The notes under the pieces are model-generated. The model was not told where the DNA came from. It ran no database searches and was given only the letters and a program-made list of their open reading frames with translations. A stretch of DNA of 52,434 nucleotides, taken from assembly GCA_035652295.1 (NCBI GenBank), contig DASREC010000222.1, forward strand, positions 1 to 52,434, read 5' to 3'. How positions within the stretch are numbered: position 1 is the first letter of the stretch; the number at the start of each line of letters is the position of its first letter. Both the position numbers and the translations under genes were made by a program. Positions 1 to 13,481 of this stretch are shown here, in pieces. Origin of the DNA: Polyangia bacterium (lineage in GTDB: Bacteria; Myxococcota_A; Polyangia; Palsa-1104).

Positions 1-77
1 GCCGCGCCGCCGTGCAGGAAGATCTGCTGCCGCGACCGGATGCTCGCCACCGCCTCGGCCGCCGTCACGATTCGCAT
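1..77 (-). CDS. 5' end (25 codons) of a gene running off the left edge; the N-terminus resembles acetyl-CoA hydrolase/CoA-transferase family proteins
   Basis: The reverse complement of 1-77 reads ATG CGA ATC GTG ACG ... = MRIVTAAEAVASIRSRQQIFLHGGA. 24 of 25 codons end in G/C. The ORF is open to the window edge. The family guess is from memory of similar N-termini (AEEAV...HGGAA) and rests on only 25 aa. Confidence 0.3.
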   Translation of the reverse strand, partial: MRIVTAAEAVASIRSRQQIFLHGGA

Positions 78-256
78 CGCGCCAGCGTAGCAAGCCGCGC
101 GCGCCGGCGTATGACTGGAACGTGTTCCAGTTTGCTTGACGCTCTCCCGGCGCAATGGTTTAATGGTCCAACCAATGTGGTGGTTCGCGCTGCTCTCGAT
201 TTACGCCTTCGGCTTGCTGGCGCCGATGGTCGCGGCGGCGCGCGCGGGCTCGTATC

Positions 257-1600
257 ATGCGCTCGATGATCAGCGGGGCGAAGCGCGTCGCCGGGTGCTG
301 GCTCGCCGCCGCGAGCATCGCGACCGCCGTCGGCGCGGCCGCGCTCGCGTTTCACCTGGCGCACGGCGAGCGCCCGTTCGTCTTCTGGACCTATAACCGC
401 GACTCGCAGCCGTTCGAGCTGCTCGGGCTGTTCGGCGGGCTCACCCTCGTCGCCGCCACGTGGCTGCGCGCGCACCGCCGCCCGCTCGACGACGCGCTGC
501 CGTCGCTGGTGGCAGGCGCGGTCGGGCTCGCGTGGCTCGGCTACGTCGCCGAGAATTGGGAGCAGAGCTACGACTGGCGCTGCTACCGCGCGGCGGCCGA
601 GCAGCTCGCGGCGGGCGGCGACGCGTACGGCGGCTGCTACCTGTATCCGCCGCTGCTGGCGCAGGCGCTCGCCGGTGCGTCGCGGCTGCTCGCGCGCGTG
701 GTCGGGCCCGACGAGACGTGGCTGGCGGTGTTCTTCGCGTGGCAGGCGGCGCAGATCGCGCTGGTGATCGCGGCGGCGGCGGCGAGCGTGCGCCTCGTCG
801 AGCGGCTGCGCGTGCCGCGGCGCCGCGCGTGCGCGTACGTGGCGATCGCGTTTCTCGTCGACGCGCCGCTCTTGCGCACGCTGCGCCACAACCAGGTCAA
901 CCTGTGGGTGCTCGATCTGATCCTGTTCGCGCTGGTCGCGCACGAAGCGTGGCCGCTCGCCGCCGGCGCTGCGCTGGCGCTCGCCGGCCACGTCAAGCTG
1001 TATCCGTTCGCGCTCGGCCTCGCGTTCCTGCTGTGCCGTCGCTGGCGCGTGCTCGCGGGCGCGATCATCGGCGCGTTCGCGGTGCTCGGGCTCGAGCTCG
1101 CGGCCGGCGGCGCGGCGGCGTGGCGCGCGTACCTCGCCTTCGTGCCGCGTTTTCCCGGCGGCACGCTGATGCGCGACAACGGGCTGCACAGCTTCGTCTT
1201 CAACTCGTGCCGCCTCGCCGGCTGTCCGCGCGCGGTGCCCTATCTATGGATCGCGCTGGTGCTCGCCGTCTCGGCGCTGATCGCGCGCCGCCTTCAGCGC
1301 CGCCAGCGCGCGCTCCCCGTCGAGGATCCGGCGCGGCTCTACGGGCACGCCGCCGATCTGCTGGCGTGGACGCTCCTGGTCTCGCCGATGGTGTGGGAGC
1401 ACCACTACCTGCTGGCGGTGCCGGCGCTGCTCATCTACGCGTCGCTGGCGCCGCGCGCGTCGCTGCCGCGCCTCGCGATCGCCGCGGCGCTGATGCTGGC
1501 GATGCCGACCAGCGACTTCTACCCGCTCGGCTATCACCGCCTCGCCGGCCTCGCGCTGCTGCTCGCGTGGACCGACCCGACGTCGTCGACGGCGAGTTAG
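257..1600 (+). CDS. Polytopic membrane glycosyltransferase, DUF2029/GT87-like (polyprenol-phosphate-sugar dependent)
   Basis: 447-aa ORF with very high GC3 and many hydrophobic helices. The HVKLYPF motif and overall layout match GT87/PimE-like GT-C enzymes. Confidence 0.7.
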   Translation: MRSMISGAKRVAGCWLAAASIATAVGAAALAFHLAHGERPFVFWTYNRDSQPFELLGLFGGLTLVAATWLRAHRRPLDDALPSLVAGAVGLAWLGYVAENWEQSYDWRCYRAAAEQLAAGGDAYGGCYLYPPLLAQALAGASRLLARVVGPDETWLAVFFAWQAAQIALVIAAAAASVRLVERLRVPRRRACAYVAIAFLVDAPLLRTLRHNQVNLWVLDLILFALVAHEAWPLAAGAALALAGHVKLYPFALGLAFLLCRRWRVLAGAIIGAFAVLGLELAAGGAAAWRAYLAFVPRFPGGTLMRDNGLHSFVFNSCRLAGCPRAVPYLWIALVLAVSALIARRLQRRQRALPVEDPARLYGHAADLLAWTLLVSPMVWEHHYLLAVPALLIYASLAPRASLPRLAIAAALMLAMPTSDFYPLGYHRLAGLALLLAWTDPTSSTAS

Positions 1601-1641
1601 TGCAGTAATCGGACGATCGCGCTCGAGCACCGCTGCACTCC

Positions 1642-1808
1642 GCGCGCGGGCGGAAATCGTTTTTCGCGGGACGTTCGCATACGCCGTGCTCGGCCGCTGC
1701 GATGCAGCGGCCTGCGCGCGGCACGTGCTCACTCATGCTACGGCTGGCATCGCCGCAGACGGCGAGCGCCTTCGCAATGCCCGCGAAAAACGATTTCCGC
1801 CCGCGCGC
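1642..1808. repeat. 167-bp palindromic element with perfect 29-bp terminal inverted repeats (MITE-like, or a large bidirectional hairpin)
   Basis: GCGCGCGGGCGGAAATCGTTTTTCGCGGG at 1642-1670 is the exact reverse complement of 1780-1808. The 109-bp spacer is itself a degenerate palindrome. TCC flanks both ends. The element lies between convergent genes. Confidence 0.8.
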
Positions 1809-1878
1809 TCCGTTCCGCTACGCTTGGGTAAAGCGCATCAATTTGCTGATTCTCGCGCTTTTACCTCGTGCGCCGCGA

Positions 1879-3396
<1,518 letters not shown>

Positions 3397-3469
3397 CTCG
3401 GAGGTGATCCGTTCTGGACCATTGCTCCATTTTAGATCAGTCTCGCGCATGGCGGGGCGCTTTCACGCC

Positions 3470-4345
3470 TCACGCCGCTTTTTTTCGCGCCGCCCCGTCG
3501 AGGGTGAGCACCAGCCCCTCGCGGGCGGCGACGGTGAGCGGGAAGCGGCCGCGCGTCTCGGCCTCGATGCAGGCCACCTGCCAGTCGTCGCGCCCCGGGT
3601 CGTGGTGGAAGAGCACGAGCTGTGAGGCGCCGGCGGCGGCGGCCAGGCGCGCGCCCTCCTCCGCCGTCGAGTGGCCCCAGCCGCGCTTGCCGGCGGCGTA
3701 CTCCTCGGGCGTGTATTGCGCGTCGTAGATGAGGACGTCGGCGCCGCGCGCGAGCTCGAGCAGTCCGGCGTCGGGGCGGCCCGAGTCGTCGTGCTCGTGA
3801 TCGGTCGCGTACACCACGCTGCGCCCGTCGAAGTCGAGGCGCCACGCCAGGCAGCCGTTGGGGTGGCGCGCCGCCGCGGTGCGCACCTCGACGGCGCCGA
3901 GGTTGAAGCGCGCGCCGGGTGAGACCTCGCGAAACTCGAGCGTCGCGCGCATCGCCCCGAGGTCGACGGGAAAGTGCGGCGCGCGCATCTGCGCCTCGAA
4001 CGCCGCGCGCAACGACGCGCAGCCGCCGCCCGGCCGCGCGCCGCCCCCGCCACCATAGATCGCGACGCGGTTGCCCGGCACGTACGCCGGCACGAAGAAC
4101 GGAAAGCCCTGGATGTGATCCCAGTGGAAGTGACTGACGAGCAGCGCCGCGTCGACGGGTCCGCGCCGCATCAGCTCGGCGCCGAGGTCGCGCAGGCCGG
4201 TGCCCGCGTCGAGGATGATGGTCTGCTCGGCGCCCGGCTCGCCGCAGCGGACCTCGACGCAGCTCGTGTTGCCACCGACCTGCGCCAATCGGCTGCCCGA
4301 CGAGGCGATCGAACCGCGTACGCCCCAAAACCGAACTTGCATCAT
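3470..4345 (-). CDS. MBL-fold metallo-hydrolase
   Basis: HFHWDH metal motif and a VRFWGVRGS N-terminus. ATGATG start at 4345, preceded by GGAGGAG (complement of 4351-4357). The longer ORF reaching 4465 has a non-coding-like, Arg-rich N-terminus. Confidence 0.85.
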   Translation of the reverse strand: MMQVRFWGVRGSIASSGSRLAQVGGNTSCVEVRCGEPGAEQTIILDAGTGLRDLGAELMRRGPVDAALLVSHFHWDHIQGFPFFVPAYVPGNRVAIYGGGGGARPGGGCASLRAAFEAQMRAPHFPVDLGAMRATLEFREVSPGARFNLGAVEVRTAAARHPNGCLAWRLDFDGRSVVYATDHEHDDSGRPDAGLLELARGADVLIYDAQYTPEEYAAGKRGWGHSTAEEGARLAAAAGASQLVLFHHDPGRDDWQVACIEAETRGRFPLTVAAREGLVLTLDGAARKKAA

Positions 4346-4440
4346 CTCGCTCCTCCTGCCCGCTCGAATGAGCAACCGGCGGGCCAGCGACGAAGACCGC
4401 GGCCGGCGCGGCGATCGCGCGGCGCGCGCACCGACGGCGC

Positions 4441-4474
4441 TGCACCATTTTGGTGCATGGTCCATTTTGGTGCA
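4441..4474. promoter_or_regulatory. Tandem 17-bp direct repeat with an AT-rich core, a candidate operator in a divergent promoter region
   Basis: TGCACCATTTTGGTGCA (4441-4457; internal dyad TGCACCA-TTT-TGGTGCA) is followed directly by TGGTCCATTTTGGTGCA (4458-4474), 15/17 identical. It ends 60 bp upstream of the phosphoesterase ATG and starts 96 bp from the MBL start. Confidence 0.35.
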
Positions 4475-4533
4475 GCGCCCGTGCGCACGTCACGCGCTGT
4501 CCCCGCGCGCCACATCGTGGCACTCATGACCAC

Positions 4534-5646
4534 ATGCTCATTCGCCTGGTCTTCGCTTCGACTTTGCTGTGCGCGCTCGCCGGCGCCGGCTGCCGCGCCG
4601 ACGATATCAACGCGCCCATCCCCGACGGCGGCAGCACCGACGGGCCCGCGCCCGGCCGCGACGGCTCGGGCGGCGACGGCCCGATCGTCACCACCGGCTG
4701 CGGCACCTGCCCCTCCGGCTACACCTGCGGCAGCGCCAACGGCATCAAGGTGTGCCGCGCGCCGAGCGGCATCCCGCTGTTCACGCACGTCTTCGTCATC
4801 CTCATGGAGAACACGTCGCAGGCCACGCTCAAGTCGGCCACCAACACGCCGTACCTCGCCGGCCTCTACGCCAACGCGGCGTGGGGCTCCGACTACCACG
4901 GCGTCACGCACCCGAGCCTGCCCAACTACGTCGCGCTCACGTCGGGCGGCACGCAGGGCATCGGCTGCGACTGCCAGCCGATGGGCACCGCGTGCACCGG
5001 CGCGCTCGACTGCAACGCGCTCATCCACTCGTGCGGCTGCAACAAGACCACCGATCATCTCGGCAACCAGATCGAGTCGGCGGGCAAGACGTGGCGCGCG
5101 TACGCCGAGGACGCCGGCACGTCGTGCAACCTCACCGACTCGGGCGGCTACGCCGTGCGGCACGTGCCGTTCCTCTACTTCGACGACGTGCAGACCAACA
5201 CCACGCGCTGCATGAGCCACATCGTCGACTACGCCGCCACGCTGCCGGGCGATCTCGCCGGCACGACGCCGAGCTTCGTCTTCATCGCGCCCAACCTCAC
5301 CAACGACATGCACGACCCGTTTCCCGCCGGCGCCGGCAACCTCGCCAACGGCGACACCTGGCTCGGCGCCGAGGTGCCGAAGCTCCAGGCGTCGAGCGCG
5401 TACAAGCAGGGCGGCTTGATCGTGATCGTGTGGGACGAGGACGACGCGTCGGGGGGCCTCACCGGCACCGACGATCCGATCCCGATCTTCGTGCTGTCGC
5501 CGCTGGCGCGCTCGGGCGGGTTCCCGGCGCCGTCGCACGCCGACCACTACGCGCTGCTCGCCACCATCGAGGACGGGCTCGGCCTCGGGCGCATCGGCAT
5601 GGCCGCGGGCGCCACGCCGCTCACCGAATATTTTCCGGCGCAGTGA
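4534..5646 (+). CDS. Secreted lipoprotein, phosphoesterase family (acid phosphatase/phospholipase C-like)
   Basis: Lipobox-containing signal peptide MLIRLVFASTLLCALAGAGC. Motifs VILMENTS, PSLPNY, APNLTNDMHD and VIVWDEDD are typical of the PLC/AcpA phosphoesterase family. Confidence 0.75.
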   Translation: MLIRLVFASTLLCALAGAGCRADDINAPIPDGGSTDGPAPGRDGSGGDGPIVTTGCGTCPSGYTCGSANGIKVCRAPSGIPLFTHVFVILMENTSQATLKSATNTPYLAGLYANAAWGSDYHGVTHPSLPNYVALTSGGTQGIGCDCQPMGTACTGALDCNALIHSCGCNKTTDHLGNQIESAGKTWRAYAEDAGTSCNLTDSGGYAVRHVPFLYFDDVQTNTTRCMSHIVDYAATLPGDLAGTTPSFVFIAPNLTNDMHDPFPAGAGNLANGDTWLGAEVPKLQASSAYKQGGLIVIVWDEDDASGGLTGTDDPIPIFVLSPLARSGGFPAPSHADHYALLATIEDGLGLGRIGMAAGATPLTEYFPAQ

Positions 5647-5718
5647 TTTCGCCGTAACGTCGCCGCGCGTTCACCGGGCGGTGGGCGGCGCGATACACGC
5701 GGGCGCTAGCTTGCGTGC

Positions 5719-6777
5719 ATGTGGCGCGTCGTCGGCGCTCTCGTCTGGGCCGCGTGCATCGCCGGTTGCGGCGCGCCGCGCGACGTGGAGAACGCGTGCC
5801 GCGCGCGCCTCGCCGAGCCGCGCGCCATCGCGCCGCGGCTGCGCAACCTGGTGCTGATCACCGTCGACGGCGTGCGCGCCGAGGACGTGCTCGGCGAAGG
5901 CGCGCGCGCCGGGCTGCCGAACCTGTACCGCGTGATCGACGGCGGCGTGGCGCTCGCCAGCATCGCCGCGTCGGGGCCCAACTTCGTGTCGCTGCCGGGG
6001 TACCGCGAGATCTTCACCGGGCGGCGCGCGGGCGGCTGCCAGTCGAACGAGTGCGGCCCGCTCGACGAGCCGACGCTGCTCGACGAGCTGCGCGCCGAGC
6101 TGCCGGCGGGCGACGTGGCGGCGATCGCGTCGTGGGAGACGCTCGAGCGCGCGGCCGCGATCACGCCGCGCGCGATCGCGATCTCGACGGGGCGGCACGG
6201 CGGCGCGGGGCGCGAGCGGCTGCGCGTCGGCGGCGATGCCAGCGCGCGGCTCGACGCCGGCGCGGCGGCGGGCGCGTGGCCGGGACATTGGGACTACCGG
6301 CCCGACGCGTTCACCGGCGAGCTGGCGCTGGCGTACCTCGAGGCGCGGCGGCCGCGCGTGCTCTACGTCGGGCTCGGCGACACCGACGAGCTGGCGCACC
6401 GCGGAGATCGCGCCGGCTATCTCGCGGCGCTCGCGGCGGCCGACGCGCTCGTCGGGCGCATTTCGCAGAAGCTCGATTCGCTTGGCTACGATCGCGCGGA
6501 GACGCTGTTCATCGTGACCAGCGATCACGGGCGCGGCGCCGGCTTTCGCGATCACGGGCGGGCGCAGCCCGAGTCGCGGCGCGTGTGGCTGGCGGCGTCG
6601 GGCGCGCGCCTCGCGCCGCGCGGCGTGCTCGCGGCCGGGCCCGAGCGGCGGCTGGCCGATCTCGCGCCGACCTTGCGCCTCTACTTCGGCCTCGGCGCCG
6701 ACGACTCGCCGCGCGCCGGCGCCCCCATCCCCGAGCTGCTGCCCGCGGTCACGTTCAGCGCGTCGCGCGATCGATGA
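5719..6777 (+). CDS. Lipoprotein, alkaline-phosphatase superfamily (nucleotide pyrophosphatase/phosphodiesterase-like)
   Basis: Signal peptide with lipobox (ACIAGC). LVLITVDGVR, GDTDELAH and VTSDHG metal-site-like motifs. Confidence 0.65.
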   Translation: MWRVVGALVWAACIAGCGAPRDVENACRARLAEPRAIAPRLRNLVLITVDGVRAEDVLGEGARAGLPNLYRVIDGGVALASIAASGPNFVSLPGYREIFTGRRAGGCQSNECGPLDEPTLLDELRAELPAGDVAAIASWETLERAAAITPRAIAISTGRHGGAGRERLRVGGDASARLDAGAAAGAWPGHWDYRPDAFTGELALAYLEARRPRVLYVGLGDTDELAHRGDRAGYLAALAAADALVGRISQKLDSLGYDRAETLFIVTSDHGRGAGFRDHGRAQPESRRVWLAASGARLAPRGVLAAGPERRLADLAPTLRLYFGLGADDSPRAGAPIPELLPAVTFSASRDR

Positions 6778-7600
6778 AGGGATCGATCGCCTGCCACGTC
6801 TCGGCGCGCGACCAGAGATCGTCGTGGCCACCGCCGGCGATCTCGATCAGCGTCTTGTCGGCGCTCGCCGCGGCGGCGAGCAGGCGGCGCGAATTCTCGA
6901 CGGGCAGCTTGGCGTCGGCGGTGCCGTGCACGAGCAGGAGCGGCACGCCGAGCGCGCGCACCGACGCGAGCGGCGAGACGCCCGCGAGCTGAAACCGCGC
7001 GCGCTCCTCGGCGACCAGCCGCGCGAGCACGACGCTCTGGTGCGAGAGGAAGAACGGCTTCATCGCGCGCACCGCGCCGTCGAGGTCGGCGAACGGCGAC
7101 TGCGCCACCACCGCGCGCACGCGCCCGTCGAGCGGCGCCGCTTGCAGCGCCACCGCCGCGCCCATCGACGCGCCGAACAGGATGGTCGGCTCGACGCGCG
7201 CGCCGCTCGCCTGGAGCGTGTCGAGCACGCGCGCGACGTCGCGCTTCTCGTAGAAGCCGTAGGTGCAATTCGCGCCGCCCGACTCGCCGTGCGCGCGCGC
7301 GTCGTAGGCCGCCACGTCCCAGCCGCGCGGCCCGTAGCGCGTCGCCAGGCCGATCGCCGAATCTTTGTTGTCGCCGACGCCGTGCAGATAGAGGATGAGG
7401 CCGCGCCGCGGAGGGAAGCCGCGCGCGAGCCAGCCGCGCAGCGCCACGCCGGGCTCGACCTCGACGGCGAACGGCGCGGCGCCGGCGGGCGCGCCGCTCG
7501 ACGGGCGGCGCATCGGGTGCAAGAGCGCGTCGGCCGCCCAGCCGGGCGGCACGTCGCAGCCGAGGAGCAACGACGCGAGGAGCACGAGCGCGCGGCGCAT
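6755..7600 (-). CDS. Alpha/beta-hydrolase lipoprotein
   Basis: Start at MRRALVLLASLLLGC (lipobox). LHGVGDNK, nucleophile elbow GASMGA, and late LLVHGTADAK ... GGGHDD. The upstream in-frame extension to 7747 only adds the GY/GH repeat and precedes the signal peptide, so I rejected it. Confidence 0.8.
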   Translation of the reverse strand: MRRALVLLASLLLGCDVPPGWAADALLHPMRRPSSGAPAGAAPFAVEVEPGVALRGWLARGFPPRRGLILYLHGVGDNKDSAIGLATRYGPRGWDVAAYDARAHGESGGANCTYGFYEKRDVARVLDTLQASGARVEPTILFGASMGAAVALQAAPLDGRVRAVVAQSPFADLDGAVRAMKPFFLSHQSVVLARLVAEERARFQLAGVSPLASVRALGVPLLLVHGTADAKLPVENSRRLLAAAASADKTLIEIAGGGHDDLWSRAETWQAIDPFIDRATR

Positions 7601-7681
7601 GTCCGGTCGAACGCGCGCTCGCGGCAAACGATTCCCTACTCTAGCCGGATGGTGGCGGCGCGCGCGCGAGCGCGTCTGCCC

Positions 7682-7849
7682 GTGGCCGTGGCCGTGGCCG
7701 TAGCCGTAGCCGTCGCCGTTCCCCCCCCGTGCATCGCGCAACTTCACAAGCGCTGCGGGTCGTGTCGATGCTGACGAAGACGGCTTTGAAGTAGCGCGTG
7801 AACGGCTACGGCTACGGCTACGGCTACGGCTACGGCTACGGCCACGGCC
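7682..7849. repeat. Inverted pair of hexanucleotide microsatellites, (GTRGCC)6 and (GGCTAC)6-7, with a C8 tract in the spacer
   Basis: Arm 1 is 7682-7717: GTGGCC x3, GTAGCC x2, GTCGCC. Arm 2 is 7804-7849: GGCTAC x6, GGCCAC, GGCC. The arms are mutually complementary if G-U pairs are allowed. The spacer is about 86 nt and contains CCCCCCCC at 7721-7728. Confidence 0.85.
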
Positions 7850-7853
7850 CGCT

Positions 7854-7878
7854 AAAAGCGGATCGAATTCGATCGCTT
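7854..7878 (-). terminator. Candidate intrinsic terminator downstream of lhr
   Basis: The minus-strand RNA reads AAGCGAUCGAAUUCGAUCCGCUUUU: a palindromic stem with one bulge, built on the GATCGAATTCGATC core, followed by a short U run. It starts 85 nt after the lhr stop codon. Confidence 0.3.
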
Positions 7879-7962
7879 GCGCTTAGCGAACGGCATTTGG
7901 TGTCAGAACCGCGAGAAACCGCACCACCGGTGCATTCTACGCCGATCGCGCGCGGCGCGAGA

Positions 7963-12325
<4,363 letters not shown>

Positions 12326-12336
<11 letters not shown>

Positions 12337-12697
12337 ACGCGGCGCGGGCGAATTGGGCGAGGAGCGCGAACAGCTCGGGGCGATCGCCGACGTGCGGCAG
12401 CGATTCGAAGCGCACGCTCGGGTGCGCGGCGCGGGCGGCGTCGACGAGCGCGGGCAGATCGCGCTCGACGTGCGCGCCGCCGGCGAGGAAGAGCGGCAGC
12501 ACGCGGACGTGGCGCGCGCCCGCCGTCACCGCGGCGGCCACCGCGTCGGGGAATGACGGCGCCGCCAGCTCGAGGTACGCCAGCGCCACGCGCACGCCGG
12601 GAATCCCGTCGAGGCCGGCGGCCAGCCGCTCGAACGGCGCGCACCAGCGCGGATCGCGGCTGCCGTGCGCGAGCAAGATCAAGCAGCGTTCATTCAC
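12326..12697 (-). CDS. Small CbiX/SirB-type chelatase-like protein
   Basis: 123 aa. LILLAHGSRD start motif and LPLFLAGGAHVERD are typical of short CbiX proteins. Its 3' end overlaps the lhr start by 11 nt. Confidence 0.7.
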
Positions 12698-12721
12698 GCG
12701 CCGAGCATAGCACCGGCGCGC

Positions 12722-13462
12722 TCAGCGAAACGGATCGGGCCCCGGCTCGAGCTCGCCGAGCGTGGCGGCGCCCGCCAGCTCCGAGATCGGCCCCATGTTG
12801 AACCCGAGCGCGCGATGCTCGGTGGCGATCGCCGCGCCGGTGGCGAGCGTGGTCCAGCCCTCCCATGAGATCTCGATCCCTTTAATCGGGATCACCGACA
12901 CCCAGAGCCGCCACGCGCGCGGGCGATCGCCGTCGCCGGTGAGCCACAGGTAGCGATCGCCCGGCGTCAGCCCGCCCTTGCCGTATTGCACCAGCAGCGC
13001 CGGCCGCCCGCCGACCTCGGCCACCGAGCGGGTCACGCCGTCGTCGAAATATTTCGGGATTGGGTTGAGCCAGAACGAATCGTTGATCCACGCCGCATAG
13101 GCTTTCTCGACGAGCGCGCGCGCCGCGTCGCCTTCGACCGGCTGTCCGCCCTTGAACGCGCGCCCGTCGCGGCGGCCGATGTCGAGCAGCACCTCGTACT
13201 CGCCGAAGCGCACGCGATCGAGGTTGCGCCGGCGATCCCACAGGTGGTGGTTGCGCGCGAACTTCCAGCGCACGGCGCCGGTGCGCGCCCACGCGTCGCT
13301 GTCCACCGAGCGCTGAATCGCGCGCGCCAGCTCGTCCGCCGCCGGCCCCTCTTTCGTCTCCGGCATCGAGTGCCGCAGCACCAGCCACAAGACTCCGACG
13401 AGAACGACGAGCGCGCCGACGATCCAACCGAGCACGCGCACGAGGCGCCGCACGAATCGCAT
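12722..13462 (-). CDS. Hypothetical N-terminally membrane-anchored protein
   Basis: 246-aa ORF with an ATG start and one N-terminal TM helix (LGWIVGALVVLVGVLWLVL). No family recognised. It starts 19 nt downstream of the A2M stop on the same strand. Confidence 0.6.
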   Translation of the reverse strand: MRFVRRLVRVLGWIVGALVVLVGVLWLVLRHSMPETKEGPAADELARAIQRSVDSDAWARTGAVRWKFARNHHLWDRRRNLDRVRFGEYEVLLDIGRRDGRAFKGGQPVEGDAARALVEKAYAAWINDSFWLNPIPKYFDDGVTRSVAEVGGRPALLVQYGKGGLTPGDRYLWLTGDGDRPRAWRLWVSVIPIKGIEISWEGWTTLATGAAIATEHRALGFNMGPISELAGAATLGELEPGPDPFR

Positions 13463-13481
13463 GCGCCGACATTACTCCGAA

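Noticed and set aside
1830-1862. AAAGCGC...GCGCTTTT hairpin near the end of the GAF-EBP gene.
   Set aside because: The stem is only 7 bp with an 18-nt loop, and it is 230 nt from the nearest plus-strand gene end. This is too weak to call a terminator.
7601-7849. GY/GH-repeat peptides: MNGYGYGYGYGYGYGHG... on the plus strand, and the GDGYGYGHGHGHG extension of the hydrolase.
   Set aside because: The plus-strand ORF has no stop until it has run 3.9 kb antisense through lhr. The minus-strand extension would place 49 residues in front of a clear lipoprotein signal peptide. I treat the repeats as DNA/RNA-level features.
7682-7849. A possible CRISPR array.
   Set aside because: The units are 6 bp, contiguous and without spacers, and no cas genes are present. 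These are microsatellites, not a CRISPR array.
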